Source: the human T2T-CHM13v2.0 reference genome, Homo sapiens
Length of the DNA stretch: 64,000 nt
Strand: one strand, 5' to 3'
Assembly: GCF_009914755.1 (NCBI RefSeq)
Contig: NC_060928.1
Each line of letters begins with the position of its first letter. The stretch's first letter is position 1. Shown here in pieces: positions 30,060 through 44,469 of the stretch. Under the pieces are notes generated by a model. That model did no database searches and had not been told where the DNA came from. It saw only the letters and a program-made list of their open reading frames with translations. Made by a program: the position numbers and the translations under genes.

Positions 30060-30425
30060 ATGTTGAGTGGTCTCTTTGAGGAAACTGTCCAGTCAAGGAC
30101 ATATGTTCCTGTCCTCTTCATCCCTAGGTAGGTCATGTGGCTACTTCCAGTTACATGAATGTGAACATAAGTGATATATGTCACTTGGACATTCTTCATG
30201 TTCCCTTCTCTGCCTGCCAACCATATGCAGTGGTCTCAAGACCTAGGGGAAGGCACAGCCACGAGACAGGAGCCCAGATCCATGAATCACCAAGTAGAGG
30301 ACAGTCACCATCAACCATGAACACTACATTAGACTATTTATATGTGATAACTATACTTTTGTTGTGCAAAGTCACTTTAATTTAGGGGCTTACTTGTTGT
30401 AGCACTAGCACCACCCTAATTAGTA
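30060..30425 (+). mobile_element. Old MaLR LTR fragment (MLT1J-like)
   Basis: gtcatgtggctact...agactatttatatgtga...cttgttgtagcactagc...ccctaattagtaca. Confidence 0.55.
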
Positions 30426-31643
30426 CAGGATGAAGCCTAGACTTCCATTTATATAGTCATTTATTCATTCAACTAAACATGACTTGAGTAACCTCTACCA
30501 ATTAGGTATATACTCAACATCGGGGATGTAAAGATGCACATAACATAGTCGCTTTCTTCTAGAAGTTCACGGCATAGCAAAGAAAAGAGATTATTCACAA
30601 CACTATGGAAACACTGAATGGGAATCACAGGTTCTGACGGTCTAATTTCTCCCCTGTGTAGATATTCATAGGCTGACATTCATGTGATAATCTTATTTGT
30701 ACTTATTTTTCTCAATTTATTGCATTAATACAAATTCTTCTCATGTGGATTTTCTGACAGAGAGACCTGTTTAAGAAAAAAGAAAAATCCCTGAAATCAA
30801 TTCTGGAGAGGTGTTGGTCAAAATGGAAAGTCAGACAATGTATTCAGTAATTACTAGTAACTGTCCTAAAAATAATATTTTGAGGGTTGGTTACTTTCAT
30901 CCTCTGCCTTCAAAAACTGGTTGGTAAAATAAATAGATTAAAAATACATTAAGTATAGGTGCAAGAAAAAGTGGCATTTTTTTCTTTCTTAATCTCACTT
31001 TAAATTATACCTTCATGTCAAAGGGAAAAGCCAAAAAGAACAAAAGAGATAAAAGAAATGTATATATACACATACACGCATTCCTCACTCCCTCCACCAT
31101 TTCACCACTACCCCAATCTCTGAAGCTAGCCCAGAATACTCCCTTTTCCTGTTCTAATTGTTTCCACCGGTAGAAAAAACTTTTTTCATCCTCCTATGTC
31201 TCATCCATCTTTCCATCTCTAGCCATCTGTCCACAACCACTTGCATACCACCCTGCTTGTGCTCCAATTATTCCAGCCTATGCTATCCTCCCTTTTTCTT
31301 TTCTTCTTTTTTTTGGCAATCCTACATTTACCACATAGCTGTGATTAAGAACTTCATTGTTCTCTAAGCAATTTTTTTTAAGTTTACGTCTTCCAATGTG
31401 ACTGCAGACTCCTCAAAGACAGAAAACGTGACCTGACTTTTTTTCTCCATGTGCCTAGAAATGTACTGAGCACATATATAACCAAAAAAGAAATGCCCAA
31501 TGAGCAACCAACTGCTTAACTGACCCTTCCTGGGTGATCTCATGGGGCCATGGGACAAAGAAGTGTTTTAATAACATGCTGTCTTTAGCAAACTTTCAGC
31601 AAAAGGAAACATGACATGGGATGAAGAAAAGAGCACCATGCTG

Positions 31644-32714
31644 GGCAAGGACTTCATGACTAAAACACCAAAAGCAATGGCAACAAAAGCCAAAATTGAC
31701 AAATGGGATCTAATTAAACTCAAGAGCTTCTGCGCAGCAAAAGAAACTACCATCAGAGTGAACAGGCAACCTACAGAATGGGAGAAAAATTTTACAATCT
31801 ACCCATCTGACAAAAGGCTAATATCCAGAATCTACAAAGAACTTAAACAAATTTACAAGAAAAAAATCAAACAACTCCATCAAAAAGTGGGCAAAGGATA
31901 TGAACAGACACTTCTCAAAAGAAGACACTTATGCAGCCAACAAACACATGAAAAAATACTCATAACCACTGGTCATCAGAGAAATGCAAAACCACAGTGA
32001 GATACCATCTCACACCAGTTAGAATGGTGATCATTAAAGTCAGGAAACAACAGGTGCTGGAGAGGATGTGGAGAAACAGGAACACTTTTACACTGTTGGT
32101 GGGACTGTAAACCAGTTCAACCATTGTGGAAGTCAGTGTGGCGATTCCTCAAGGATCTAGAACTAGAAATACCGTTTGACCCAGCCATCCCATTACTAGG
32201 TATATACCCAAAGGATTATAAATCATGCTGCTATAAAGACACATGCACACATATGTTTATTGCGGCACTATTCACAATAGCAAAGACTTGGAACCAACCC
32301 AAATGTCCATCAATGATAGACTGGATTAAGAAAATATGGCACATATACATCATGGAATACTATGCAGCCATAAAAAATGGTGAGTTCATGTCCTTCGTAG
32401 TGACATGGATGAAGCTGGAAACCATCATTCTGAGCAAACTATCACAAGGACAGAAAACCAAACACCACATGTTCTCACTCACAGGTGGGAATTGAACAAT
32501 GAGAACACCTGGACACAGGGTGGGGAACATCACACACCAGGGCCTGTCGTGGGGTCGAGGGAGTGGGGAGGGATAGCATTAGGAGAAATACCTAATGTAA
32601 GTGACAAGTTAATGGGTGCAGCACACCAACATGGCACATGTATACATATGTAACAAACCTGCATGTTGTGCACATGTACCTTAGAACTTAAAGTATAATA
32701 AATAAATAAATAAG
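31644..32714 (+). mobile_element. 5'-truncated L1PA (L1PA4-6-like), inserted in a MIR
   Basis: ORF2 C-terminus ([16 protein letters not shown]...), L1PA 3' UTR, (TAAA)n tail, 16-bp TSD aaagagcacc(a/g)tgctg at 31628-31643 and 32715-32730. Confidence 0.97.
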
Positions 32715-32730
32715 AAAGAGCACCGTGCTG

Positions 32731-32860
32731 AATAAGAGCAAGGCAATCTTACTTCTGCTTCCATTTCAACACCTGTGTGGCCTTGGGTATAGTACTTACA
32801 TAAACATCTCTGAGCCTTAGTTTCTTAATCTTTAAAAAGGGAATAATAATACCTTCCTCT
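32731..32860 (+). mobile_element. MIR remainder
   Basis: tgtgtggccttggg...ctctgagccttagtttcttaatctttaaaaaggg. Confidence 0.7.
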
Positions 32861-33699
32861 TAGAATCAAAACCAGTTTAGCAGAGGAAAGCCCTTCAAAA
32901 ATACTGTTTTGTTTAAGGGACTTCCTTCTGTATTGAATTAGTGAGTAACAGAATCCAGTCATTCTTGTCCAAAGTAATTCTAATAAGCATCCTAGTAATG
33001 ACCAAAGAGGGATTACCTCTCAGAACAAAACAGCACTCCCTTCTAAATCCGTGCTTCTCCCAAAAGCAATTGACTAAATAAATGAAACATGTGACGCATT
33101 TAACTTTGGGCCCTTTGCTTTTGCAACCTGATTCTGCAAACTGCTGAAAAGGCACTTCTCTAAGGGAACCAGGAGGGCAATGGTGGATTGTCTGGTCACA
33201 AGCCCAAGCTATGAACAACATAGAGAAGTGTCTCCTGCCATCGCATTGCTCATTAATTGTCCCATATAAGGCGAGTCACGGTGAAGAGTGAGCTCTTCCA
33301 AGATGCAGCAGGGAGGCTACAGAGGCAGGGGGAGCCCAGCAGCAGGGGTCTCCTGCTGCTCTGTCAACAAGCTCCAGGCCTCACTGGGGGCCCCAGGCTC
33401 CCTCAGAGAGCTTTATTCTTCTGCAGCTGTGACTCCCCTCCTCTCATTAATGCATGTCCTGGGGTCTTCTCTTCAGAAGCTGAGGCAGCATTCTTCAAGA
33501 CAGTTCTCCTAATTGATGGAGGAGCACTGGGAGGTGCACGTTCAGGCAGAAGCAAATGTTGACACAGTGCCTTTTCTCACCCCTCTTCTCAGAAATACAC
33601 ACAAGACCCCTGGGGCACAGTTTCCTTGGATGTACATTAATACTGGCTGCCTCCCTTTTTTCTATTCACTATCTCCATGGTCTCTTCATTCACCACAGA

Positions 33700-33920
33700 G
33701 TGGGTTAGTAGCAGAGGCTCCAGGGTAAGCCTGCCCAGAACTGAACCCTGGTCCTGTGTAAATTTGGGCAAGTTACTTCATTTTCTGTCTCCTAACCTGT
33801 AAAATCAAAGTAACGGCATCTTCCTTACAGGGTTATTATGATAATTAAATAACATAATGTATGTAAGGCACTTCCAAGCACAGACCTTGCCATGTAAAAT
33901 AAGTACTCAGTATCATCAAC
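33700..33920 (+). mobile_element. MIR
   Basis: ttgggcaagttacttca...ctgtaaaat...aatgtatgtaaggcactt. Confidence 0.75.
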
Positions 33921-34529
33921 TATCCTCTTTGACCATCTATAATCTGGTTCCTGTTTGTATCAATCCCATAAACCTCTCTCTCTCAGGAAATACTTCAGTA
34001 TCCTCTTCCCATCATAATCCTGCCATTTGACTCTTCTCCTATTCCCTCTGTTGCTTTTAACCATGATGTGTCAGTTTACATGACACCAGAATATCGAGCA
34101 CTCTTTCCACAGGTCAAGATTGTACTTGGGACTTTTGTGCAAAAATTCAGAGTACTACAGATCACTTGGAAAATTCACTACAACCTTCCATCGTATTCTA
34201 ACCTTGATGCGATCTGAAAGTATAAATTCGTATGAAAATAAGGGAAGAAATCCCCAGTCTATCAATGATGGGGGAAAATATGCTGCAATGTCATTTTCAG
34301 CCATAATCAACCACTTCCATTGTTTCCCACCTGCCCTCACAAATTTAAGGAAAAGGCATATTTTCATCAGATTTGTATATCAGCTTTCAGCAGATACAAA
34401 ATTTAAGAGGAAAAAAATGTCTTTCTACACAGCAATTTACTTAGCCATCACCAATTATTGCCCATCATAATTAAAGTGATGATTACCAGATTTTCAGTTT
34501 CAAGACAGTATATATTTCCAGCATCTCTC

Positions 34530-34826
34530 ATTTCATTTCATTTCAAGACAGAGTCTTGCTCTGTTGCCCAGGTTGGAGTGTAGTGGCATGATCATGGCTC
34601 TCCATAGCCTCGATCTTCTAGGCGCAAGCGATCTTCCCACCTCAGCCTCCTGAGTAACTGGGACAACAGGTGCACACCATCACACCCAGCTAATTTTAAA
34701 TTTTTTGTGGAGACAGGATCTCTCTATGGTTCCCAAGTTGGCCTCAAACTTCTGGGCTCCAGCAATCCTCCTGCCTGGGTTCCCCAAAGTGCTGGGACTT
34801 CAGGTATGAGCCACTGCACCCAGCCC
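34530..34826 (-). mobile_element. AluJ
   Basis: Reverse Alu with (CATTT)n-derived tail. Confidence 0.93.
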
Positions 34827-35399
34827 AACCTCTCTCATCTTAAACATCACCCAAACACTTAAGGAAAAAAGAATCAGAAATAGAAAGTCAACCTTCATCC
34901 GTTTTGGAGACAGTTTTAACTGTGAACTAAATCATAAGATGGCAGAAAGCAATAGAGAAGTAGATGGGTCACCAGAGAGAAGCCGGGACACAGCTAAGTG
35001 CTTCCAAAGGGAGGCACTGATGAGAAGTGAATTGGAAATGCTCACAGAATCCAGACAGGCTAGGAGCACAAGTGCCTCTGAAGGTGGGAAGAGGCTGGGT
35101 CTGGCTACTGCTTCCTTAGCCCAGCTGGAGGAGGTAAGGATCCAGACTCAGAGACAAGAGGTAGAAGGTCAAGTGGAGGTTAGACATACGAGAGAAAACA
35201 GGGAGATGAAATGAAAGTCGCAGACTGCACAGAATGAACCCCCAGATGATTGGAGGAAACTTCTCTAGCAAAACTAAACCACCTTCAGCCAAAATACTAC
35301 AGATTCTGACATTTGAAGGTCCCTGCTGAAAAAGCCATGTCATCCTAATGGCCCTGCGGTGAAGCCCGCAAGTTGAAAAGTCCAATGAATAAACACAAA

Positions 35400-37075
35400 A
35401 CTTCCCCTCAGCTTTCCAAAGATTTTCTCTTGAATATGAATAGACAGCCAAGGATTCCAGGCATGTGGGGAAAGTCTGCAATATTAAAGTGAAACAAGCA
35501 AATCAATAATTGAGAAAATAAAAGAAACTCACAAGAAACAGATACAATGCAGGAAGAAAAGAAAACTTCAAAGACACTCTAATCAGAAGTCTCAGGAGTT
35601 CTGACACTTTTCTCCCCAACAGGCCTAGGGATAGACACACTCTTGGCACCTGTCCCCTCCTGCATGGAGGAGGTATTAGCACGTCTACTGGAAAAGGAAA
35701 AAAGTAGGAAGTTTAAAAGTAATTTTTTTAAAACTCACATCCATGAAATTAAAACATGATGCTATAAAAAAATTTTTAGTGAAGTTATTTTAGATACAGA
35801 CTTTAAAATAGCACTAAAATTTAAAAATAAGAAACAGTAAAAAGGCAATAAGATTAGGTCAAGGAATTCACCAGAAAGTAGAACAAAATGACAAAGAGAT
35901 AGAAAATAGCGCAGAAAACTTAGGAAAGTTAGAGATTCAATCCAACCAATAGGAGTTCCAGAAAGAGAGAACAGAGAAATCATCGATGGAGAAATTCTGA
36001 AATAAACAAACCAAGGAAATTTACAGAACTGAAAGACATGAATTTCTGGCTTAAAAGATACAGCAAATGAATGAAATGTAACCCATACTGAGGATAGCAT
36101 TGTGAAATTCAAGATTATCAGAGATAAAGGGATCTTAAAGGTTTCCAGCAAGGAAAAACAGGTCACAGGCAAAGGATCTGGAATAAGAAAAACAACCATC
36201 TTCTTGAAAGCAACATTACAAGCTAGAAGTCAGTGTAGACATATCTTCAAAATTCTGAGAGAAAATTATTTGCAACCAAGGATTCTCAATTTAGCCAAAC
36301 TATTAATCAGGTATAAAGGTAGAATAAATATTCTTTTTCAAACATTGAAGTCTCAGAACACTTACCTCCCATGACTTCTCAGGAAGCTACAGGAGGATGA
36401 ATACATAAACTGAAAAAAAAAAAAAAAAAAAAAAAAAATGGCATGACATCCCAGACACAAGAAAGAGAAGCAAAGTGAATTAGGCAAAGTCCAGTTCTGT
36501 AACAGGCCCCAGGAGAACCCAATCTAGGGTGAAAGAGAATAGCTGAAGGATATGGATGTCTCAAAAAAAATGGATATGATAGATTATTTGACAGATTTGA
36601 TTATGAGAAAAATTTTAAGACATTTGACAAAGCTGTTGTGGGGTATGGGAAGAGTTGGGCCAGAAATCTGAAGGCAGTGAAGCAGATTTTAAAAATGAAC
36701 AAGGCAGTTGTTAAATCCAGGAAAACAGAAGGTTATAAAATAAAGCTATGTAATCATAGCCTACTATTTGGCTCAGCAATAAATAACATTTACCTAGTAA
36801 AAACAAAAAAAAAACACCCATGAATATGGATGTAACCAAATATTATAAAATAACTATATTTAAAGGATATAGGAGGTGAGGGGATAGGGTATGAAACTAA
36901 AGGAAGTCATAGAACAAGAAAAGGGCTGTAAGCAGTTCACTACTGTTGGAGAATGGCCTTGAGTTGGGGCAGGGGAGAAGGTGACTGCTCTTTTTGTATA
37001 TATGTCTTTTAGTACTTTTTGACTTTTATAATCATGTGCATGCCTCTGTGTGATAAAATTGTAAGTTAAAAAAGA
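35400..37075 (+). mobile_element. HAL1 (half-L1) or old L1 ORF1 remnant
   Basis: ORF1 C-terminal-like peptide at 36102-36374 (...ARSQCRHIFKILRENYLQPRILNLAKL...), no ORF2, 3' end tgtgcatg...tgataaaa. Confidence 0.7.
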
Positions 37076-38819
37076 GATAAAATTACAATACAGTTAACCT
37101 TGTACCATTTCTTTTCCGCTACTTAAATATGTCTAAACTGCACTGGAGAAATTTTTTAAAACCCTCTCCATTGGAACTAAGCTACGGATTTGTATTAAGC
37201 TTATTTCATTTAAAAGATTTCATTATAAATTATTAATTCCTCCCCCTCACCTACCCTTTCACTTACAAATTACCAAAATGCAAAGCTCTTTGCAGCCATC
37301 TTTCTTTTTTATGTCATTATTATTCACTCATGACTCTAGGTGTTTAGAAGTGACTCCGAATACAGAATATCTTTAAGACAGAGGATCACAGAAAACACAT
37401 ATGAGATCTCCTTCCTCTTATTCCATTCCCCATTGCTAAATCAGGAAAGAAATGTTGGAATTTGTCCAGAACTATCTACCATATGACCTTAAAACTTTCA
37501 GCAGTGATGGTTCTCATTTTTATCATACTATCATTAGGATTAATTATACATGCTAAGGGCTGTAATAAATAAATACTGAGAGCTAGCAATTTGCTAGGTG
37601 TCATGGCTAACATGAAGTTAGAAAGGATTCTCCCAAGAATTTATCAGAAGGACAAAAAAGAAGCAAAGGTTAAATCAGGGGTTTTGAACTACTTTTCTCC
37701 CCAACATGGCTAAGGAATAGAGCACTCTCCATGACTTAGAGGCTCACCAGTCACCTCCCCTTACCCAAGGGGGGTATAATATCCACTCTTCTAGTGGAAG
37801 AAGAGAGGTGAGTAGCTTGAAAAAACCCCGCAGGTAATTACAGCAGGCCCTCTGTCCTGCTGCCCCCCACTCATGGATGTGTTTCCTCTGCTACCCTTCC
37901 CTCTGCATTTTGCTCCTCTCATCCAACTGAGATAACTCATTTAGGGATCAAATTAAGAAGAAGATATGTGTCACCATGGGGCAGAAGATAAGAGCTCAGA
38001 GCAACTTGGACATAGAACATTTTACAACTTGCCTCCACCACCTCGTGCCAAGACTGATATTGAGACTGTGGAATGATTACAAAGAGAGGGACTGTAGCCT
38101 GCAGGAGACAACTTCTGACAGCTGTCCCATCATCAGCCCAGACACAGGACTCCCATTTCCCTTCCCCAGCCCAGATCCAAGAAGGGATTCAGCACATTCT
38201 CACACACTCTCTCTCTCCCTCACCCTTCCCATACCTGCTTCCTAAATATACTTGAGTGCTTTGGTTAATGGGTAAAACAGTAATAATAACAGCCAACATT
38301 GTCTGGACTCTATTACAACTCAACATTCTGTGAAACAAAACTTCACACGTCATTTGAGATTTTGTCCATAATATTTAGATACATAAAGAACATAAACGTA
38401 AGGTGGAAGGTTTTCCAACACTTTCACAGATTCGTGTTCTAGCCTAAGGTAAATCATACACAATTTCATGTGACTTTTTGTTTTTTCACCTGGTAACCAA
38501 AAAGAGCAAAGGGACACTCAGATAAGTCTCTGGGCCCCCATCCTACAGGCCCCTTCTCACCCTTTACCCTCAATGATTCCATCAGAACGACTCTGACTTT
38601 TAGACCGCGTTAACTTTCACTGTAAGACTGCATCTGAAACACATTTGAAAATGGCAGGTAAGGCTCCTTCTAACTCCAGCAAGACCTTCACTCCAACACT
38701 GCCTTGTCAACCAGTCACACCTCGGTTTAATATTTCCACTATGTTGACTGTATGTGTATGGTCTATACACATACATCTATGTTAGCGATGTCTCTCTGCT
38801 CTGATTCCTTAGAATATAA

Positions 38820-39196
38820 TACAGGGCATTGCCATCTGGCCTGGTTCAACCTTTCTCCGCACATTCTACTTATCTAATTATCTCCACCCCAACCCACAAC
38901 ACACCCTTCGCATTAGTCACTAAAGCACCTGGCATTAGCTCATCATTCCAGGTGACTTCATGTCTCTATAGCTTTGCTGATGCTGTTTTTTCTACTCAGC
39001 ACGCCTTCTGTCTACCTATGTCCATTTTGAAAACTCGTATTCATCTTTTAATGGTCAACCCAAATACCACCTCCTATATGAAGACTTTTCTGATTTCTCT
39101 TGGCAGGATTAATTACTCTTGTTTTTGTATGCTCTGTATTGAAATAATCAATTACAAAATATAGTTCACTGCTTATATATCTACTTCCTATGCTAC
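38820..39196 (+). mobile_element. L2 fragment
   Basis: ctttgctgatgctgtt...caaataccacctcctatatgaagac. Confidence 0.55.
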
Positions 39197-39495
39197 TTTA
39201 GATTCAGTGAGTATGTGGGAAGGTTTGTTACATGGGTATATTGCATGATGCTGAGGTTTGAGGTCACTACCTGAGGTCCCATCACCAAGGTAGTGAGCAT
39301 AGTACCAATAGGTAGTTTTCAGCCCTTGTCCCCCCTTCCTCCTCCTCTCCCCCCTTCTGCCAGCCCCCAGTGTCTATTGTTCCCATCTTCATGTCCATGA
39401 GTACCCAATGTTTAGTTCCCACTTAAAAGTGAGAATATGAAGTATTCGATTTTGTTTCTACCTTAATTCACTTAGGATAATCGTCTCCAGCTGCA
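39197..39495 (-). mobile_element. L1PA15/16-like 3' fragment
   Basis: ggtttgttacatgggtatattgcatgatgctgaggtttg...cccacttaaaagtgagaatatg. Confidence 0.88.
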
Positions 39496-39659
39496 AAGCA
39501 CATTTATGAGTGATAGTCAAAGTAGTTCTTATTACCAACTCCCTGACATTTTTATTTTTAAAACAGATAAGGAAACTGAGGCTTGGAGGGGTTACATATC
39601 CTGTCTGGTACCAAAAACTTTGTAAGTGATAGAGACACGACACTGTGTTTTTTGGTATC

Positions 39660-40047
39660 TACAGCAGATGCTGTGGCTGTCTCACACATCTCTCCTTTAT
39701 TAGGTCAGTTTATCCATCTGTCAGCAACTTGTGGGTGTTCCTGCTAGGAGCTCATAGCTGCACCTTTCTTCAGAGAATTGCCCTCCATGTTAATGCTTGG
39801 GGGATTATATACATTTACCCCAGGGGCCTCCCACAGTGAATGACCGACTGATACACGGGTACCAAAGCCCAGCCACTTTGGTGACATTCAAGCTCCGATG
39901 TTTCCTGTGCAATCAGGCTGAGACTAGACTTCAGCTGAAACACATCTTTGCTTATCTTGGATCCCTCCCCATCCTATTCCCTCACTTCCTTACAAGTCCT
40001 TCCCTCAATAAATGACTTGCACATCCCTGTCTCTATCAAACCTAACC
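39660..40047 (+). mobile_element. LTR16A-like ERVL LTR inside a MIR
   Basis: cagagaattgccct...tcaataaatgacttgcac...aacctaa. Confidence 0.65.
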
Positions 40048-40624
40048 TTGGATAAGAACTATGTTTTGTGATTCCAAGTCCAGTGGCTTTCCCACTGCAG
40101 AACGCTGTGTGGCTAAGGAAATGTGGAAGATGCTAGATACTAGTCCCTTTCTTATCAATGCTGGTAACTGATCCAGGATATACATTTTTCCTCTATCTCA
40201 GAAAAATCATGTAAACTTATTTCTCAGTCTATCTTACGGTTATATCTGTCTCAAATAAGGACAATGATGTTATGCTGTTATATATAATCTTTTAAGTATT
40301 TCAATTAGTATTTTGTAGTGGGATCATTTTATTTCACATTAGATCCCTTGCTAATTATAAAAATGTTATAAATCCAAAGTGTATATTAAAGAAACTCAAA
40401 GGTCTATGAAATTAATGTCTCATTTTATAGCAGCATGTAAAATAATTCATCAGCTCAGAAATAGCTGCCTACAAAATGATATCATCATTATCTTCTAAGT
40501 TTTCCCATATTATTCTCTTCCTTCAGGCCTAAAATTAGGTAAATTTTATAAACTTTAATTTTCCAAAAATTCTCATGAAAACCACAGTTCATTCTGTTAG
40601 CAAGTATCCCTGGGAAATGATACC

Positions 40625-41040
40625 TGTATCAGCCAAGGTCTAAGCAGGAAATCAAAAACCACTTTAAATCTAAAACAGAAACTTTAACAACAGAGAATTG
40701 GTGGCACAGGCAATGCGAGAGCTGCTGAGAGCCAAACAGGAAAGTGAGGCAGCCCAGACACTAGCAGCAGCAGAAAGCCACTACCCACCTCCCCAAGCTA
40801 CAGGCATAAAGGGAGATGGCAGACATTCGGATCACCTGGAGGAAGCTGGGGGCCCTGGCTTCTCCCAACCTCCAACCTTCCAGAACCTTCCATTGGTTGA
40901 TTCCTGCCAGAAATCAACTGACAAGGAGGAGCATGAGAATCAATCTAACCTGCAAGGTTTGATCCTACTGTTATAGGGGGCAGAGCAAAGGAAAGGAAAG
41001 GCAGGCATGTGCAGGCAAACAGGACTAGGATTAGCACATT
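40625..41040 (-). mobile_element. LTR33 ERVL LTR
   Basis: tgtatcagccaaggtc...gagccaaacagg...gtgaggcagcccaga...cccattgg. Confidence 0.75.
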
Positions 41041-42539
41041 GCCGTGGTGCAATTGCAAGAAAGAGCATCAGAAACAATAAAAGGCCCCCATCTGAGAAGC
41101 AGCACACGTAGAGCTCATTGCCTGGAATTCTACCACCACAGAACAAAACAAAGGGGAGCCTTGTCTTTGATTTTGCAGCTAATGAAATTATAAATCAAAA
41201 CCACAGGGAAAGCCTTCCTACTCAGGTTTGTAGCAGCACTTATGTGTATTTCAGGAAACCTCACTAGCATCATTAGGATCAGTTTGACGAACAGTCTAGG
41301 CAGCTTTTCAAAAAAGTATATTTCCTATCAGGCGGAAGAAAAACTTATCCAGTTTTTTTGTCACTGTGTTCTTTTTCTTGTCAGCTAACCTCTAAGCCCT
41401 TCTTTAAAAACGTAAATATTTGCTGCCTATCTGCTATGGTAGGCTTATTTAAGGGATTACTAATTTTAAAAATATGTTTCTACATTTTTGGGTGAAAATC
41501 ATAGTGTGAACACTACATATTATAATTAATGCTTGCAATGATACTCCTCATTAAAATAAAAGAGAGTTGATTCAAGCATCAATCTTTGAAGCAAAATATT
41601 AAATTTAGTAGAGAAAAGTCTATTGTGAAAACTGGAAATGTACTCATTAGCAAAATGAATCTAATGCTTTTTCAAATTATTAATTTTTACCTGTTTTTAT
41701 TTCATAGGTAATATCAGAAACTGAAGTATAATTAGAAACTGTGTTATGAACAATCAGGATTTGTGGAAAGCAGAAAACTTGAAAAATACAGAAACTGTCA
41801 TAATCCCACCAGCACAAATACTGTTAGCATATTCATGTTCTAGTCACAAATCATTTATTGACATCACCAAATGAGCTAAGTCTGGTGCATAGTCTTAATT
41901 TGATTTTAAGTCTAAATTGAAATCTCAGTTGTTGATAGCACATGGGAGCCATGGGGAAGAGAAGCAAGAAAAATAACACATTTGCTACTCTTCCCACCAT
42001 ACTTCAGTGACACAAGAGTCTGGGTCCAAGGAAACCTACCACTTCTGCGGATGCCATCTACCGTAAATCAACTGTCTGGTTTCCAGTAGAGATTCCTATC
42101 TCCAATCAGAATCATACTTCACAACCTCCCTCAGTAGCGTCCTAAGAGGAAGACATCCCTACAGGAGTGAGAACTAAAGTTCCATTAAAGAACCTTTTTC
42201 TCACCTTCTTATTTTAGTTCTACTGCCTTGTCCTTAAGAAGGTTTGAATCTAACAAAATTAGACTTTTACTTTTAAAAGGGGAAAGACCCAAAGGGGTCC
42301 CTCAAAACCAAGAACCTGTGTCACATAATTTAGTGTCAAATAATTCCATAATGTTTTACTATTCTATATTTTTACATGCATATTTTTTCTCATCAAGATT
42401 GTAAACAAGGTGGCCAAGGTCATGTTTCATATTTCCCTGTTATCTACCCCAATCCCACCCACCAAGCACCCAGTACATGCTCAATAGACACCTTCGATAT
42501 GAGTAACTCTGATTTCAAAATAAAACCCAAATTATTGCA

Positions 42540-42890
42540 TACACATTATAAATGACACTCTGCAACACACTTCACCAGATGTTTACATGGCTTTCTCACT
42601 GACTTTACCCAGGCCCATGCTCACATATCAGAACCCTGGAGAGACCTCCTTCGGCTGTGTATCAGAGAACCCCCCACCATTTTCTAGCCCTTACCTTGCT
42701 TTCTTTCTCTTCATAATACTGTGGCTACCTGCTACAGTGTTGAACACATTCGCCACTGGAATGTGAGATCCACAGAGGCAAAGCCCTCGTCTTTCTTATT
42801 CACTATCATACTCCATGCCTAGATCTGAACCTGGTTCATAGTGACACTCAAGTAAGCATGGAGCATATCAGTATGTGAACGAATGAAATT
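42540..42890 (+). mobile_element. L2a 3' fragment
   Basis: ccactggaatgtgagatccacagaggca...gtgaacgaatgaa. Confidence 0.65.
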
Positions 42891-43279
42891 TGTTATTACA
42901 CATGAAAAATTATATTTAAAAACATAAAAGCAAAGAATTGGCCTAGAAAATATTTAAAATACCATTAAAACCTTTATTTTTTTTCTTTAAATTTTATACA
43001 TGAAGGCCAAATAAGTTAGAACCCACTAATTAACAATTGTAAAAAGTTCAAATGATACAAACGCATAAAGCAAACCCAGGCAACCTGAAGAGTTTGGGGC
43101 ATAGTCTGAAAATTTTCTCTATGTACATACAAATATAACAAATAATAACTAATGGGTAAAAAATTGTAAACATCTAATCCTTTTAAAGGTAACCCTTTGA
43201 AACTTAATATTTTGTAAACATCAAGGATTCTAAGTACAAGAATCCTTTATTTTTTAATCTATAAATTTTAAATATTTAC

Positions 43280-43400
43280 TCTTTGGGTCTCAGTTTCTTC
43301 ATTATAAAATGAGGATAAATAATAACTCACAGGATTGATATAGAAGATAAATGACAAAATATATCTAGAATGCTTAGCATAGTGTTTGCACACAGAAAAA
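43280..43400 (+). mobile_element. MIR
   Basis: gggtctcagtttcttcattataaaatgagg...tgcttagcatagtg. Confidence 0.75.
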
Positions 43401-44016
43401 ACAAAGTAGGTAAAAGATAAAAGATACATAAGTCTAGATATCAATGAAAACCCAAGAGGAGGACCTATCCATGAAGTGGAGGTGAAAGATGCTGCTTGGA
43501 AGATACGGCACTTGAGATGAGTTTTGAAGGACCACTGGGCATCAGTCAAACTCAGGAACTGGGAGCTGAAGGTCATTTTAGGCTGAAGGAAGAACAACTT
43601 CCTCATACAAGAATTTTAGCAGCTGGCATCCTTGGGGAAGGAACCATGTTTGTGGAAAACATCTTAAAGGGCTGCTCTGCAAAGGCAAGGCAAAGCCACA
43701 AGGCCATTGTCTGCAAGAAGACCTCAAAAAAAGGTGGAAGCTAAATTGCTTGGCATGAGATATAAACCAAAAACTGCAAGTGGGTGAGAGTCGAGAAGAG
43801 AGAGGACATAAGAGCGTGAAAACAGAAGACTTGATAGGCAACAGAAGGAAAACCCTAATAATTTTTTGAGTCTAGAATCAAGCTCTGTTTTACATATAAT
43901 TACAAAGTATTTTTGCACACTTTGAATACATAACGAATTTTCCAGGAAGGAAGCGATCATATAAATTTTATAAAGACTGTACTTTGATAGTTTGGAATTT
44001 TCCAAGAGTTGATGGC

Positions 44017-44469
44017 TGTATTAGTATCCTTTTGTTGCCGTAAGAAATTACCACAAACATAGGGGCTTCAAACAACACAAATTTATTTTCTTATAATTTT
44101 AGAGATCAGAAGTCTAAAGTGACCCACTGGGCTGTGGTCCTTCAGGAAGTTTTAAGGATAACCCCTTCTCTTGCCTTTTCTAGCTTCTAGTGGCTGCTGG
44201 CATTCACTGGCTCATGGCCCTGGATCACTCCAGCCTCTGTTTCTGTTGTTGTATTTCCTTCTCTGACTCTAATTCTCCTGCCTCTCTCTTACAAGGACCC
44301 TTGTGATTACATTTGGCCCACCAGACAATGCAGTATAACCTCCCTATCTGAAGATCCTTAACTTAATCATATCTGAAAAGTACCTTTTGCCATGTAAGGC
44401 AATGTATTCACAGGTTCCAATGTTTGGGACATGGACATTTTTGGAGAAACCATTATTCTGCTTGCCACA
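44017..44469 (-). mobile_element. MLT1C/D-type MaLR LTR
   Basis: tgtattagt...aattaccacaaac...aaggacccttgtgattacatt...ttctgcttgccaca. Confidence 0.85.

Noticed and set aside
27610-32495. L1 ORF2 peptides as active retrotransposon genes
   Set aside because: 5'-truncated, with multiple stops and frameshifts.
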